The translations under genes and the position numbers were made by a program. The notes beneath the pieces are model-generated. The model had not been told where the DNA came from and did no database searches. It worked only from the letters and a program-made list of their open reading frames with translations. A DNA stretch of 64,000 nt from Stegostoma tigrinum (taxonomy: Eukaryota), in assembly GCF_030684315.1 (NCBI RefSeq), contig NC_081396.1, positions 1,984,001-2,048,000 of the forward strand, written 5' to 3'. Positions 40,513 to 53,005 of the stretch are shown here, piece by piece; position 1 is the stretch's first letter; each line of letters begins with the position of its first letter.

Positions 40513-40829
40513 AGACATTGTATGGCCTGGTCTCCTATTTGTCTCACTGTACCTGGGCTGCACATTAATACCGGTTTCCTCGGCCACAGTGTGATATATA
40601 GTAATGGATTTTGCCTTCTTTGCTCACTCACATGAAAGTGTGTTGCATCCAACTATCACATTTCTCTGGTGTATGTAGCCGACAAATGTCGGAGGCCCTG
40701 CCACCGATTGCCTACTAATGGAAACATTATCACCAGAACCAATGGAGTGCCGAAAGTCAGGTTCACCTGGTTTCCCTTCCAGAGACAGCACCTGGTTAGC
40801 CTGTGAGCTCTCGTCCTCGCACAGAACGA
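40513..40829 (-). pseudogene. TCR-type V pseudogene with 23-RSS remnant
   Basis: Acceptor TTACAG; VLCEDESSQANQVLSLEG/NQVNLT...RQSVAGPPTFVGYI...SITIYHTVAEETG/Y*CAAQ. RSS: TACAGTG + 23 nt + ACAATGTCT. Confidence 0.75.
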
Positions 40830-41043
40830 CTGTAACTAAAGAATCAAGACACAAACACAACGAGGTATGGGGATAACAAGCTGCCTAAATGCAAGTGTAA
40901 ACTACACAAAACGAATAACATCAGAGCTCCAACTTGAAACAGGTCATTGCAGGTCTTTCTGATCATAATGATGAAAACTGGGAGGAAGCAGACCAAAGAG
41001 CCATAACTGTCGAGATAAAGGCTGTCAATGATGGTGATGGGGG

Positions 41044-41257
41044 NNNNNNNNNNNNNNNNNNNNNNNNNNNNNNNNNNNNNNNNNNNNNNNNNNNNNNNNN
41101 NNNNNNNNNNNNNNNNNNNNNNNNNNNNNNNNNNNNNNNNNNNNNNNNNNNNNNNNNNNNNNNNNNNNNNNNNNNNNNNNNNNNNNNNNNNNNNNNNNNN
41201 NNNNNNNNNNNNNNNNNNNNNNNNNNNNNNNNNNNNNNNNNNNNNNNNNNNNNNNNN
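41044..41257. other. Assembly gap
   Basis: Run of N. Confidence 1.
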
Positions 41258-41436
41258 TTGGCGGCATTTTCAACAAACAAGTTATTTTAGGATGTTGACG
41301 CTCGAGCTCATGCAAGTCATATTAAGAGCGTACTTGTCTCCAACCACAGACTTGTTGAAAACACAACGGACAGGGATCACCCTTTCTCTCACAATTTCAG
41401 TCATTCCTGATCGCTCTCAGTCACTCAGTCACTGTC

Positions 41437-41720
41437 TCCATCTCGTGGTCTCTCTATCTTTGTCTGTCTCTTTATCTCCATCCCTCTATGCCTGTCTCCC
41501 TTTCTTCTCTCTTCCTTTATTTGTCCCTCTCTCTCTCTCAAAGTATAGCAAATGATAGAGTGCTTGCTCAATTATAAATTCGGTCCATCTCGCTGTCTCT
41601 CTATCTTTGCCTGCCTCTCTATCTCTGTCCTCTATGCCACTCTCCCTTTCTTCTCTCTCCCTTTCTCTATCCCTCTCTCTCAAAGTACAGCGAATGATTG
41701 AGAGCTTGCAAAATTAGGAC
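41437..41720 (+). repeat. Two-copy tandem duplication (about 147 bp) of a CT-rich unit
   Basis: TCCATCTCG..GTCTCTCTATCTTTG...CTCTCTCAAAGTA.AGC.AATGAT.GAG.GCTTGC occurs twice. Confidence 0.75.
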
Positions 41721-42461
41721 TTCGATCATAATTTCAATTGCAATACTATTTGTCGTTTTAGATTCATTCAATATGACTCATAATGTCATTAAATGTAGAT
41801 AAGCATAAACGACATTTATCGTTTCATTTTCAGAAGTGAAAATCCCACAATTGCATTCAAGCCACATGCTGGCCATTTTGGGTTTGTAATTGCATTTATC
41901 AACCCGATAAACTATACTTTCATTCTCAAAATTACGTTTTATTCATTGAAAGGACGTGAACGTCAAAGTGTATCCAACATTTCTCGTCCATTCCCGAAGA
42001 AAATCCAATCAGTTGAGAAGCAATTATATTGCCGTGGGTAGTGGACACGTGTTGTCCAGAACAGATGAAGTGTGTAATTTCCCTCCAAAAGAACAGCAGA
42101 TTATTGCAATATTTACGAGTTATCCATTGCTATGCAATTTACAGCAGAGAGCATGTCTATGTCAATTAGTACGGTCTAATGAGAGAGAGGTAGAGATCAT
42201 TGCAGAAAGACATAGGCAAAATCAGACCAAAAAGTGAAAGAAGAAATACAAATGTTCAGAGGATATTAATGTCTCTAGATCTCACATCTTGATGTGCAAC
42301 TGTCACCTGCTCTAACACAGCATTCAGTCCTGTATTTTGAAAACGCACTTAAAGCCTCCCAGAAAATGAAGCTTGATCCATTTTATACTCACATATCAAA
42401 CGAGGTGGGTCAAAACTGTTGCAAAATGTTCATATATTCTTTCAAAATATAAACGGAAACC

Positions 42462-42900
42462 ATGTGCTTTGCATGTTCCTGACCAACAATAATGATATGT
42501 CTGACTGGTGAGTTTTAATTGTTAATTACCAGTGTGTTTTAAAAGGGGTGTTTTTATTCCCTCAACAATGAAACATTTTGTGTTTCTGACACATGCACCA
42601 GTAGCAATACTTCCATATCAAAAAGTCCATCTGAATTAAAGTCCGGAAGGGAGAGCATATGAAACATGACTACTGTCAGCTGACAACATATGCAGGTGGA
42701 ACCCTAATCAGGTATGTCGAGGATCACCGGGAAACCGTTAAGACATTTACTGAAGGTATATGAGGCGTGTTTAAAAATCTCTAGAGATACAAGCAAGTTT
42801 CTCTGTTAACTTGTACGAAGGAAATAAACCTAAAGAGCCACGTCGTACGATCCCTGAAGCCCCCACACTAATGCAGAGATAGACCAGACCTACAAAAACA
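42462..42900 (+). pseudogene. TCR-type V pseudogene, internally deleted
   Basis: 46-nt leader MCFACS*PTIMICLT|GTGAGT (42462-42507). SISKSPSEL, SPGKPLRHLLKVY and FSVNLYEG remnants. CACACTA + 21 nt + ACAAAAACA (42864-42900). Confidence 0.72.
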
Positions 42901-43979
42901 TTTCGCTTGTGAATTTCAGGAGTGTCCAATAGATGGGGGCCTCGGAATGGTGAACTGAAGCACCAACTCCACATTCACGGTGCTAGTCAGTTACGTTAAT
43001 TGTGCAAATAATGGAATGAATGATCGCCTAGTTTGGTCTCTTGGGCATAATCATGCAGAGATAAATCCTTAAGAATGAAGCTATTTTATTAAGCAGAAGA
43101 AAACAGATTGGAGACGCGATGAGACAAGTTGAATTTTTATCGAAAATTCTGTATTTTTTTAAAATAAAATGATTTGTATCACACTTTTACAAACGTCATG
43201 AATGAATTATATTTTAAGGGGAAGTCATCATTGGGCAACGACATACACATATTAAAGGATTGCCCTCTGACAGTAGAATTTGTCCAGTAAAAGCCAACAA
43301 AAGATATGGAAGATGGAATAGGAATGTCACCATGAAAATATGAAACACAGCCTGGGATGTTATTTCTGAAGGCACTTGCCATACTAACCATGGTGGTCAA
43401 AGAAAGTGGGAGGTAAAGGAGGACCAAACCATTTCGATTTTTCCTGCCCATATCATTTTGTAATCCGTCTGACAGTTAAAAGGCTCTTAATACTCAGTTG
43501 ATGTGGCAACACTAGTCCTAAATTGTAGGGAGTCCAGTCAAGTGGTTGAAGCGCGAGTTGGCGAGAATTTTTGGGATTAGTGCCCACGATTCTGCAAATT
43601 CTTAAGTCATTATGGAAATGGACAAGAAAAGTGCAGAAGTTATCCATCTAATTTGGGGGAAAGTCAAGTCCAATATAGTTGGACACTTTCTGGCAATCAT
43701 CTGGTAGTAGTGACTTGTAGGTAAGTCTACATTTGGAAAAACGGAATCCCGTTATAAGTAGTTTAATGAGAATGAGAATCCGGGCCAGTGTGATCCTCTA
43801 AGAGTAAAGGGTACGTGGCAAAAGTTTAGTGAATTCTAGGTGCCAAGGGATGAATTTGTCTGGCAAAGAAAAGGAAGGAAGCACAGAGTAATTTACTTGC
43901 CAAAAATATTTTAAAAAGCAGGAACGTCCTTCTGAAGTATAGAGTGTGATGGGCAGCTTTAAAAAAGAAGTTTGGAGGG

Positions 43980-45420
43980 CAAATCGTGTCCATGAAACAT
44001 CTTTGGCAGATAGGATCAATATATCCCAAGTCATTTTACAATTATATTGAGAGTAAAAGGAATTCTTGGGAATGCGTAGCGCCTATTAGATTTCAATGCG
44101 GAAACCTGTGCATGAAGCCATTGAACTTTGCTGAGCCACAAAAGAACGAAGAAAATTATAGCGCTGGAAGAAGACTTTGGCCCTCCATGCCTGCACTGAC
44201 ATGCTACCCATCACTAAAACCCCCTACCCTTCCTGGGAACGTATTTGTCTATTCCCATTTTATGCATGTATTTGTCAAGATATCTGCTTCAAGGACTTCC
44301 CCCAAACAGAATGTTACAGGACCCAAAACACTTAGTGTAAAAAAAGACTTGTCTCGTACATCGAAATTAAACATTGTCCCTTGCACCATAAACCTACTGT
44401 CCCGAGTTGCTGATTCTTCCATCCTGTGAAAACGTTTCTGATTGTCTGCATTGTCCATGCCCTTCATAATCCTGTAGACCTCTATCAGGTCTCCCTCAAC
44501 CTCTGTCGTTCCAGTGTGAACAACGAAAGTTTTGTCAATCTCTCCACATGTCTAATGCCCTCCATAACAGATCACATCCTGGTAAATCTTTTCTGAACCC
44601 TTTCCAAAGCCATCACTAACTTCTGGCCATGTGCCACTGTGGAGGAACACATTATTGCTGGCGATTTGATTTAGGATGATGAGGTTCTAGAACATTCTGG
44701 GACTTATATGGAAGATGAATGAGATTTGTTTTGACGTTAGTAAGAATACATAGATTCCCAAGCTCCGATGAAATGCACCCAGGTTGCCATGGAAGCCAAG
44801 GGAAGATATTGTTGAGAGCCTGGCAGATGTCCTCAGTGGTTCACTCCCCACAGGAGAAGTGTTGGATAACTGATCGTGAGCTAATATAGTTCCTTTGTTC
44901 AAGAAGGGAAGCAGGGATACATAAATTATTACAGGACAGTTCGACCGACATCAGATGTGAGAAAAGTATTGGAGAAAATACTCTGAGTGAAAGGATTTAA
45001 CCTCATTTGAAGAGGCAAAGTTTAACTGGGATAGGCAGCCTGGATTTGTTAGCAGTGGTTCATGTCTGATTAGGTTAATTGAGTTTTGTTTTGCAAAGTG
45101 GGATAAATATAATGGTGGAGGTCTTGCAGCCTTTGAGGCTCATATAGACTTCAGTAATGCCTTTGGCGACATTGCTGCATGGAATGCTGATCCACAAGGC
45201 AAGACCTCGTGTGATCCAAAGTAAATCTAAAATTATCCTGGAAATAGGAGGCAGAGGGCGATTGTGAAACATTGTTTTGTGATTGGAAGTCTCTGACCAT
45301 GGACATTCCGCAATGTTCAGTGCAGGTACCCCTGCTGTTTGTTATGCATACTAACAACGCGTGTGTTAATGCAGAAGGAAGATTGCAAATCGCCACGAAA
45401 CACTTTGGGAAATTAGTGAT
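43980..45420 (+). mobile_element. Old CR1 ORF2 remnant with a nested opposite-strand CR1 3' fragment (about 44140-44630)
   Basis: PKSFYNYIESKR...GNLC and PLFKKG/DFSNAF-like remnants; minus-strand RFHRMEESATR...SFFT. Confidence 0.7.
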
Positions 45421-45884
45421 AAGAAACAAATAGTGATCAAGCCAACGGCATGAGTGTCCTATAAGATAATAGTGGACATGTGTTTCAACCCAGCTCCATG
45501 TCTGTAAAGTGGAAAGTTCTCTCCGTTGTGAACGCTGGTGCTAACACACTTCGACATGCTTCCATTCAATCAGAGCTAACATACTCCCTATTCGTCTCAT
45601 TGTATTCTGAGCGCATAAAGAGTGAAATGAGACCTAACAGAAGACTGTTGATGACAGCGATTAGAACCAATATTTTCAAATATCCAGCTCTGTTGGCGTA
45701 GTCTGGGCAAATCAGCACAGCTGCTGGGTCTGGGTTGGGTGAGGGGCATTTGTGACATTCTCATATTCTGAATTCTGACTAAACACATTCTATCTCTTCT
45801 CTCATTTGGAGAACAAAGTTTGAATCTGGATTTTTTTAATATCCACCCCTCGATTATTTCCTCACTGAGCATTTTTAATGGATT

Positions 45885-46213
45885 ATAGAGATTCTATCAC
45901 TCAGCCTTTGCCCTCATATGTTTAGACAGAAGGATAAGAGCAGATTTTAATCTTTTCCTATCACCTGGCCTGGGGTTACTCTTATTTATTCTGGTACTGA
46001 CAACATCAATACTGACAGCCTGAGTTTATTCCATAAAGGCATTCAAGTGGTTCAGAATATGAAGCAGACTTTGTCGAAAAGTGCTTCAACCTCCAGATAC
46101 TGAATGAATTAGCCAGTTTAACTATCTCGTGTCTGAAGCTGACTGACTGTCTGGTGAGTTACTGAGCTCTCAGGCTCAGTGTTGGAAAACTTCTAGTACG
46201 AACTACAAAAAAA
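45885..46213 (+). pseudogene. TCR alpha/delta-type V pseudogene with 23-RSS
   Basis: One frame with stops: DSITQPLPSYV*TEG*...YSYLFWY*QHQY*QPEFI...ADFVEKCF...ASLTISCLKLTDCLVSY*ALR. RSS: CTCAGTG + 23 nt + ACAAAAAAA (46175-46213). Confidence 0.85.
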
Positions 46214-46717
46214 GCCTCAAATTCTAGTGTGCTGCTTCTTTTTCTTTTGAATGTGCAATCACAATTGACCATTCCTCTTTGTCTGACACTGGAAATTGTC
46301 TGATTTGTCACTACAATGCCTCATTTATTTTCTTCACAAAATGTTAGTCTTTGTCTCGATTTATGTCACTCTGGCCAATAACTCAGTTAGTTGGATGGTA
46401 GAACATTAAACATAGTTGAATAACGAATCATTTCTTCAATCAATTTTACAGGAGTCTGTGTTTCTATTTATTTCGTACCAGCCACGGTCTCAGCATACAA
46501 TATGTCCGCAATAATGGGGAACAACAAATGGTGTTTTATTTTCAGTTGACATTAAGGATCATGAGTGTTCAGAATGTATGGATGTCCTGATATTGGTGAT
46601 TTTCACTGCTATTTTTGCCTGTTTAAATTGCATGTTTCCATCTGAGAGTTGTAACATGGCACTTTTGGAAAATTGCACTCTGTTGACTTTGAATACACCC
46701 ATTGTGTAAACTTCGAA

Positions 46718-49076
46718 TCATTTAAGAAATTGCAGCAATGGATATTTCAGCCAATTCTGTAGCTCGACTCTAAATTTATTCAGTGTTCCAGCATAAATGA
46801 ATGGGTTAATGCAGGAACACAAAAATAACAGCATGAATCCATTCTCTTCAAGGATAAATGTCGATTTACTGAAACCAGAACCGGAGAAATAGGTAACTTT
46901 AGCAAATCGGACATACAGGATCGTTATAAAAGATAACAGATACAACAATAGGAAACTGCCTGAAATTGCAAAGAGTAAAACAATGGACCTTCTCCGCTTC
47001 TCCATCTCTGGATCACTCTGATGCTGTCCGTGACTCTGGCCCCGAAGTCTCCTGCGGGATCTCATGGCCACTAGAATGCATCGAACAGTCAGAGCATTGA
47101 GTAGTAAAATCAGAATGAATGGTAGAAGAGGATTGAAAATGCTACGAATTAAATCATATGCTGCCCATGCAGGTGAACTATAAAATATTAGCTTTGGATT
47201 GCAGAACCAAGATACATTTTTAAACGTGTACAGAGGTTCATATATAAAATATAGAAATGCACTTTTAATGCAACACAATACAGACACAACTCCTATGGCC
47301 CTCGCTGCTGTCTGTTTGGTGCAATATTTAGTTTTCAGCTCCTGACAAGAAATCATCACAAATCTATCAAAGGTGAAAGAGACAGTTAACCAGGTTGAAC
47401 TATCTACAGCAGTGGAGGTTAAGACAGTGCGGAGACTGCAAACTGGAGTGATGGAAAGGAAACTGTATGGAAAGTAAATCCCAGCAATCCGGTTTAGTAC
47501 TACAGAGGTAACCAGCACCAGGAGATCTGACACCGCAATGGACAGCAGGTAAAGAATCACACAGGCAGACAGACCACATCTTCTCTGAGACAGAATCGCA
47601 ATCACAGTCAAATTAGCTGTAAAAGACATTGAGAAAGAAGAAGGGTGGGAGATATGGGGTGGCGGAGAGACAGAGGGAGAGAATTTGTGTTTCATAATGT
47701 GGAAGAACAGTCAAACTACTTCTTCAATTTATGGTAAAATTATCTATTTCACTGGATAAACTGTGAAGCATATAACTATGATCATTATACCTTGCACCAG
47801 GTGCCATCGTTATTGCATTCAAAATAAACGTACAGCTTAAAAATATGCTTGGATTTTAGCAGACATCTGCAACAAGAGTAAGTCATATCTAGAAAACAGT
47901 GTTCCATTAAATGACCCAGATGAATAATAACAGCAAAATACTTCAGAAAAATGTTGCAGTGGGCAAATAGTAAAGTGACAATCAACTTTGTGGAAAGTGG
48001 TTGGAACACGGGTTACACTTCATTCAGGGTCAAATACAATTTGTTTTTAGGGAATGAGTTGAAACTATTCACAGAAACTATATGCTGAGATAAATATGGA
48101 AACAAAACAAAGCGTGGGCTAATTTCACTTTTCCACGTTTCGAAAGAAATGTGGACAGCACTGAATTTTAATATTGACTTCTTCAGCTGATAATTGCATG
48201 GACCTTTGGTGTGCAGTTCTGCAATGCTTGGAATCTTACCTTCTCCGAATTACTTACAAATCAATAATAGAAATGCTTCAAAAAGGAAACCAGTGCTATT
48301 CGTAGTAGTTTGCATGTGATCTCATTATGCCAACAAAAGTAAACCAGAGTTGCCCTAGATCTAAATTCGACGTCTCTCATAATAAACTGCTATTTCTATC
48401 ATTTTAAAGTAGCAATGACAAAATGAAAAGCATTGCACTGCAGTAATTTTGTGATATTTGGTCCTTGAAAGCACTACTAATAATACAGAATAATTGCACT
48501 AACCTAGATAACAATATCGTAAGTCTTCCACAGTGATCGGGAGCAAAGCAATATATCTATGTTTATATCTTGAGATGATAATGATAAAGGGGGGTCGGGG
48601 CTAGTATTACAACGTTAACATGACACACGTCACTCACAGGCACATAAGCATGAAAGGGGTAAATTAGGCAGTTCATGAGAAAAAAAAACGACACGGGAAA
48701 GCTGGTGAAACAACATGTCAAATAAGACAAATGAAAATATACACATGGAGAGAAATTATCTCAGTCAATATCATAACTTATTAAATTATTTGGCGAGGCA
48801 AGACATTTAAAGTAAAATAATGATGGTGTAATTAAAAAGCAGAAATAATATCACATCAAGCGAAAATTTTGTACCGTTGAAGTGATACTAGTATCTAGTT
48901 AAGAGCAGAAAGAATATATATCATGGAGATGAGCTCGTGGCAAAGTGACGAATTGATGCAGTTGACCAACGATCCACGCAGCTACGACTGAAGTTCTATA
49001 CCTCACCTGGCACTCCGATTACTGCAAGGATGGGATAGTAAATGGAAAATACCAGACCTTTCGGTATTCCATGCAT
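46718..49076 (-). CDS. GPR139/GPR142-like orphan class A GPCR, two exons (49076-49007, 47616-46718), 322 aa, intact
   Basis: Exon 1 MHGIPKGLVFSIYYPILAVIGVP|GTGAG; acceptor TTACAG. STWLTVSFTFDRFVMI, PFILILLLN and SCINPFIY. Same 70-nt first coding exon and intron phase as the paralog at 17899. Confidence 0.9.
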
Positions 49077-51627
49077 TTCTAACTTGAACTCCGGCTAATT
49101 ATGCACTTCCTCACTAAAGGATTACGTTTATAGCTGGTGGCAAGTCTGCAGGGAGACAATTAGATTTCTGATATTTTACGTCGATTACATTTCTTGAAAC
49201 AAAACAGATCAGTGCAGCTGTTGTTCGACTGACGTTTCTGATGAGATGGAACGAATTGTTTAACGTGGGCTAAGACTCTGCTCCAATATGAAGTGGCCAG
49301 GTGTAGAAGTTTCCCTTGTTGAATTCCCTCGTATAAAAGAAATATAGTTAACTGCTTTTTGGCCAGTCTGAGCAGTATAAACTTTCTTTGAAGACATAAC
49401 TATCTTCTAATTCCAGACAATTATTATGTCTGTTTGATCAGTTGCGAAGTGTGGTGTGCTATTGAAAACCTGCAAAGCAATTATTGAATCAAATCCGGGA
49501 TTGGGGTCTCGAAGTATTACACTTAGGTTGTATGAGCCCACTCTTCAATGATTAAAAAGAAAATTGCCAGGTGTGAGCCAAAACATCCAACGTGACAGTT
49601 CGGTGCTGTTAGATTCAGAATAAGCATGTCTTATTCCACACAATTACATCTGTCAATATATGTTAGAATAAAAACTGGTACAATGCACATGTACAAATTC
49701 ATATCAGCACGGTTTTGTCCACCATGAAGCATATCAACTCCTACATGTTCACATGCACTCTGCAGCAAGTTGCCTCTAGCTTGGCATAAAGTTGATGTGC
49801 TCAAATCCAAACCAGCATTTTCTTTAAAGGAGGGACCTCAATATGGATAACAACTGAACCCTGGGAGGGAATTGCACTGCAGTCTAATGCTTTACTGGAA
49901 TTGATTTGAAACCAAAACACTATGTAAGATCTTATATTGGTAACCCTGATTGTAAGGTTTGTTGAAGCTGCCGTGAAGTTGATTAGTCTGTTGTGTGCTG
50001 TTTTGGTTTGAAACATTTGGATGGAAACGAAGGCAGTTGCCAAGAGGTTTAATCTTGATGTGAAGGCTGATCAATGGTGTCCACGAAAGTCCGCAGTGGC
50101 AGTATCTTGGAACACACTGATCAGGATCCTTAACAATGACTTTAAAGCGTTGTGTGACATGATGTTACATAATTGGCCTCCTTTGAAACCACGTGTATTG
50201 TTTTCTGCCTGTGAAATTCCTGTGCTATAAAGGTATTGTGTATCTACATCGACTGTCAAGGACTAAATCATGATCCCAGCCATAGATATTTGGGAGTAAT
50301 TCTGAATAGGATCTTGTCTTTCCTGGAATATCTGAAAAAAAAGTTATAGAAGATTAAACCCAGGTGGGAAAAAAAAACTATTGAATATACTTACTGAATC
50401 AAAGTAGTACGCTGTTTCCTTAAAGGTCTGGAAATCAGAACTCAGCATATCATACTCAACAGCAGAATGCAGCACTTTTTTTTTCAATCGTGGAAAACGA
50501 CAAAGACATTGTGTTGACGTACAATTGACTGCTGAAGGACTTGGGATAATGTTGCAGGAAAGGCAACGTGGTTGCAACAACAGCAGCTTTGATTCTCCAG
50601 GCCATGACTGAGACAGAGGATGTGGCATTCTGGCCTCAGCGATGTGCAGACACCTGAGCACTCACAACCTGAGGGAAGGATTTTGAGGCTTTGTCATTCT
50701 AGCTGCAAGATCTCATGGCGGAGGGGTGGGGGCAGTAATCTGGGCGTTTCATTTTCTTTTGATTATTTCTTTTATTTCTGTTTCTGTTTATCATCTTTCA
50801 TTTGCGTTATGATGGCGCATGAAAATGGCCTTTTTTTACAATTCTCACTGTACTCCTGTAATTCCTGTACTCAAATACAAGAGACAATAAAATCTAACTC
50901 TAACATTTCGATCTAAACGATAATGAGAAGCGTCGATTTCACATTCTCTTATGATTTCTTTTCGTTGGAAACAGCACTTTACCACACAATTGCGCAAGGA
51001 TGAGAGCTCAAAAGCATTTTGAAACTATTTGTGATGCACGCTGCTTTCTTCCGCACAATGTTATTCCCAATGCGCCCACTGCTTGCCGCTCATCTTGGCG
51101 CCCTGTATGTAACAAGCTTCCTGAGAATGCCACCAATGACACCGCCAATGCTACACATTACTGATGAATGTACCGTCTACAGATTGAGTGGTAGAATATA
51201 CACTTTAAACATAAAGATGTGGTTCATCACTGATCTCCAGTACCGTTGGATTGTAAAATGAACAATCATACATCACTGTTCGTTCATTAGAAACTCCTGA
51301 GTTTGTTCTCGAGCATTTCAGCAGAATGTCTACGAATGTGATTTGGCATAAAGAACGAAGTGCGATGGCATTCCCAATGGAGTGAGATCAGGCATGATCA
51401 TATTGAATGGCAGAACGGACCTATCGGTAATCCCCACAACTAGACACCATAATAGAAACTAATACTGGCCTCTGTAGAATGTGCACTGTTACTCTCCCTC
51501 ATAATAGCTGCAGGTACAGAACAGCTGATGAGTGCTCTTTACTGGAGCTGTGCTGATATCACAAATACTAGACTTCAGCCAATTCAATTTACTCCATATC
51601 GCATCAATGGACGAAGGCACTGGGTGT

Positions 51628-51655
51628 CACAGAGTTTTGGGTCCCGACAAAAATG
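51628..51655 (+). other. Orphan 12-RSS, possibly from a relic D segment
   Basis: CACAGAG + 12 nt + ACAAAAATG, preceded by D-like GGCACTGGGTGT. Confidence 0.45.
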
Positions 51656-52671
51656 CAGAAATAGAGTTAAGGAATTGTGCTTTTGAATTAGTTGCTCCCG
51701 TCAACCAGGTTTTCAGTTCATTCATAACATTAAATTTGTCTGTCAACTGTACTACGCTCATGGGATAAATGAACAAAAATTCTGTAATTTACTGGGTATT
51801 TGAAACAAAAATAAACATGTAAGCTAACGAATTATGGGCAGGAATAGGCCTTCAGACCTTGACCCTCTTCCACATTTTCAGATATTATGCTAAAATGTTT
51901 CAGAATAAACACGACGTTTCTCGCAAAGGAACAGATTATGCACGCACTCGTGTCTGAAACAAGGATGGGGGCATGGGGACAAATTACTAAAACATGGTTT
52001 AGAAATCATAGCACCAATTGCAGAGAGACAAAGTCATGTTCTAGTGTGGTAATAACTGGGACAGAGCCCATTGTAATCAGAACAACCACAGTGGTTGAAT
52101 AATACGAAAAGAGACACAGTTTGTGCTGTAATAGCTATTAAGACCCGACCTAGGATGAAATTAGCTGAGATATAGTCGTGTGCAAAATATGATAACCAGT
52201 GTAATGAAAACAAACATATGGTTTAATGCACTGTCACTTTGAGGCCAATACAATGCAAAGAATCATATGTGCAATGGTGACGAATCAGCTTTGGTCAAGA
52301 AATCAATGTGGTAGCATCAGTCCCAGTGCCACAATAACTGAGGCAAAGCTTAGTCCAACACTAAGAATAGACATCGTTTTACAAAAAAAAGTTACCTAAA
52401 TATCCATTGTATTTTCAGTTGCCATCTTATTCTCTGTCGCTGTAACTTTGAGTTGTGGATGACGGGGAGGCAGATCATGTATTACTTGTGTTGGAGCTAC
52501 GTGTTATTTGCAGTCTGCCTTTGCGAAGAATGCAAGACACAATCGCTAAACCGAGAAAGAGATAGTTTATGCTTAATATATTTTGTTTCCTTTTGCCTGT
52601 GGATTGAAGAAACACTGGGCTGAGGTGCCGTCCTTCAGATTAGGCCACTCCCAATAAAGGGGTAAGGAGTG

Positions 52672-52694
52672 ACTTCCTGACTCATTACTGTGGT
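52672..52694. promoter_or_regulatory. Candidate ETS/AP-1/RUNX composite element upstream of NAR-TCR V
   Basis: ACTTCCTG overlaps TGACTCA, followed by TGTGGT, about 320 bp upstream of the leader ATG. Confidence 0.4.
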
Positions 52695-53005
52695 ACGCGA
52701 CTTCACAGATTCAACAAACCCCTCCCCAATATCAAGGATAACAGAGTGGAGTGAAGATAAAATTCACACTAGTTTCACAGAACGCTGCGTGATTCCTCTT
52801 TAAAACTTACAGTATTCGCATGACACGGATCTGAAATCCATCCACAAAGCTGCCCATCAATATTCTCACAGAAGCTTCAACGTCAAGGTCTGTTCGATCC
52901 TTTCAATTATTTCAGTCCAACTCGGAAGTCCGTTTTCCTGTAGAGTTCTTGACTGCAGCAACCACCTGCCCGACATACAGGCCGTTAGTTCCAAGCAGCA
53001 GAAGC

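Noticed and set aside
39838-41555. Long ORFs full of X in the ORF track
   Set aside because: Artefacts of translating through N gaps.
47617-47695. N-terminal extension MKHKFSPS... of the 325-aa GPCR ORF
   Set aside because: Intronic read-through. The true first exon is 49076-49007, matching the paralog's architecture.
48528-48555. CACAGTG + 12 nt + GCAATATAT in the GPCR intron, suggesting a rearranging GPCR
   Set aside because: The nonamer matches only 4/9 and there is no partner RSS or gene segment. The CACAGTG near 18775 in the other GPCR intron has no nonamer.
50390-50672. Possible V relic ending CTCAGCG-22-ACAACCTGA
   Set aside because: No conserved Cys or Trp could be identified. A similarly weak candidate at about 57170-57600 (minus strand) was also not called.
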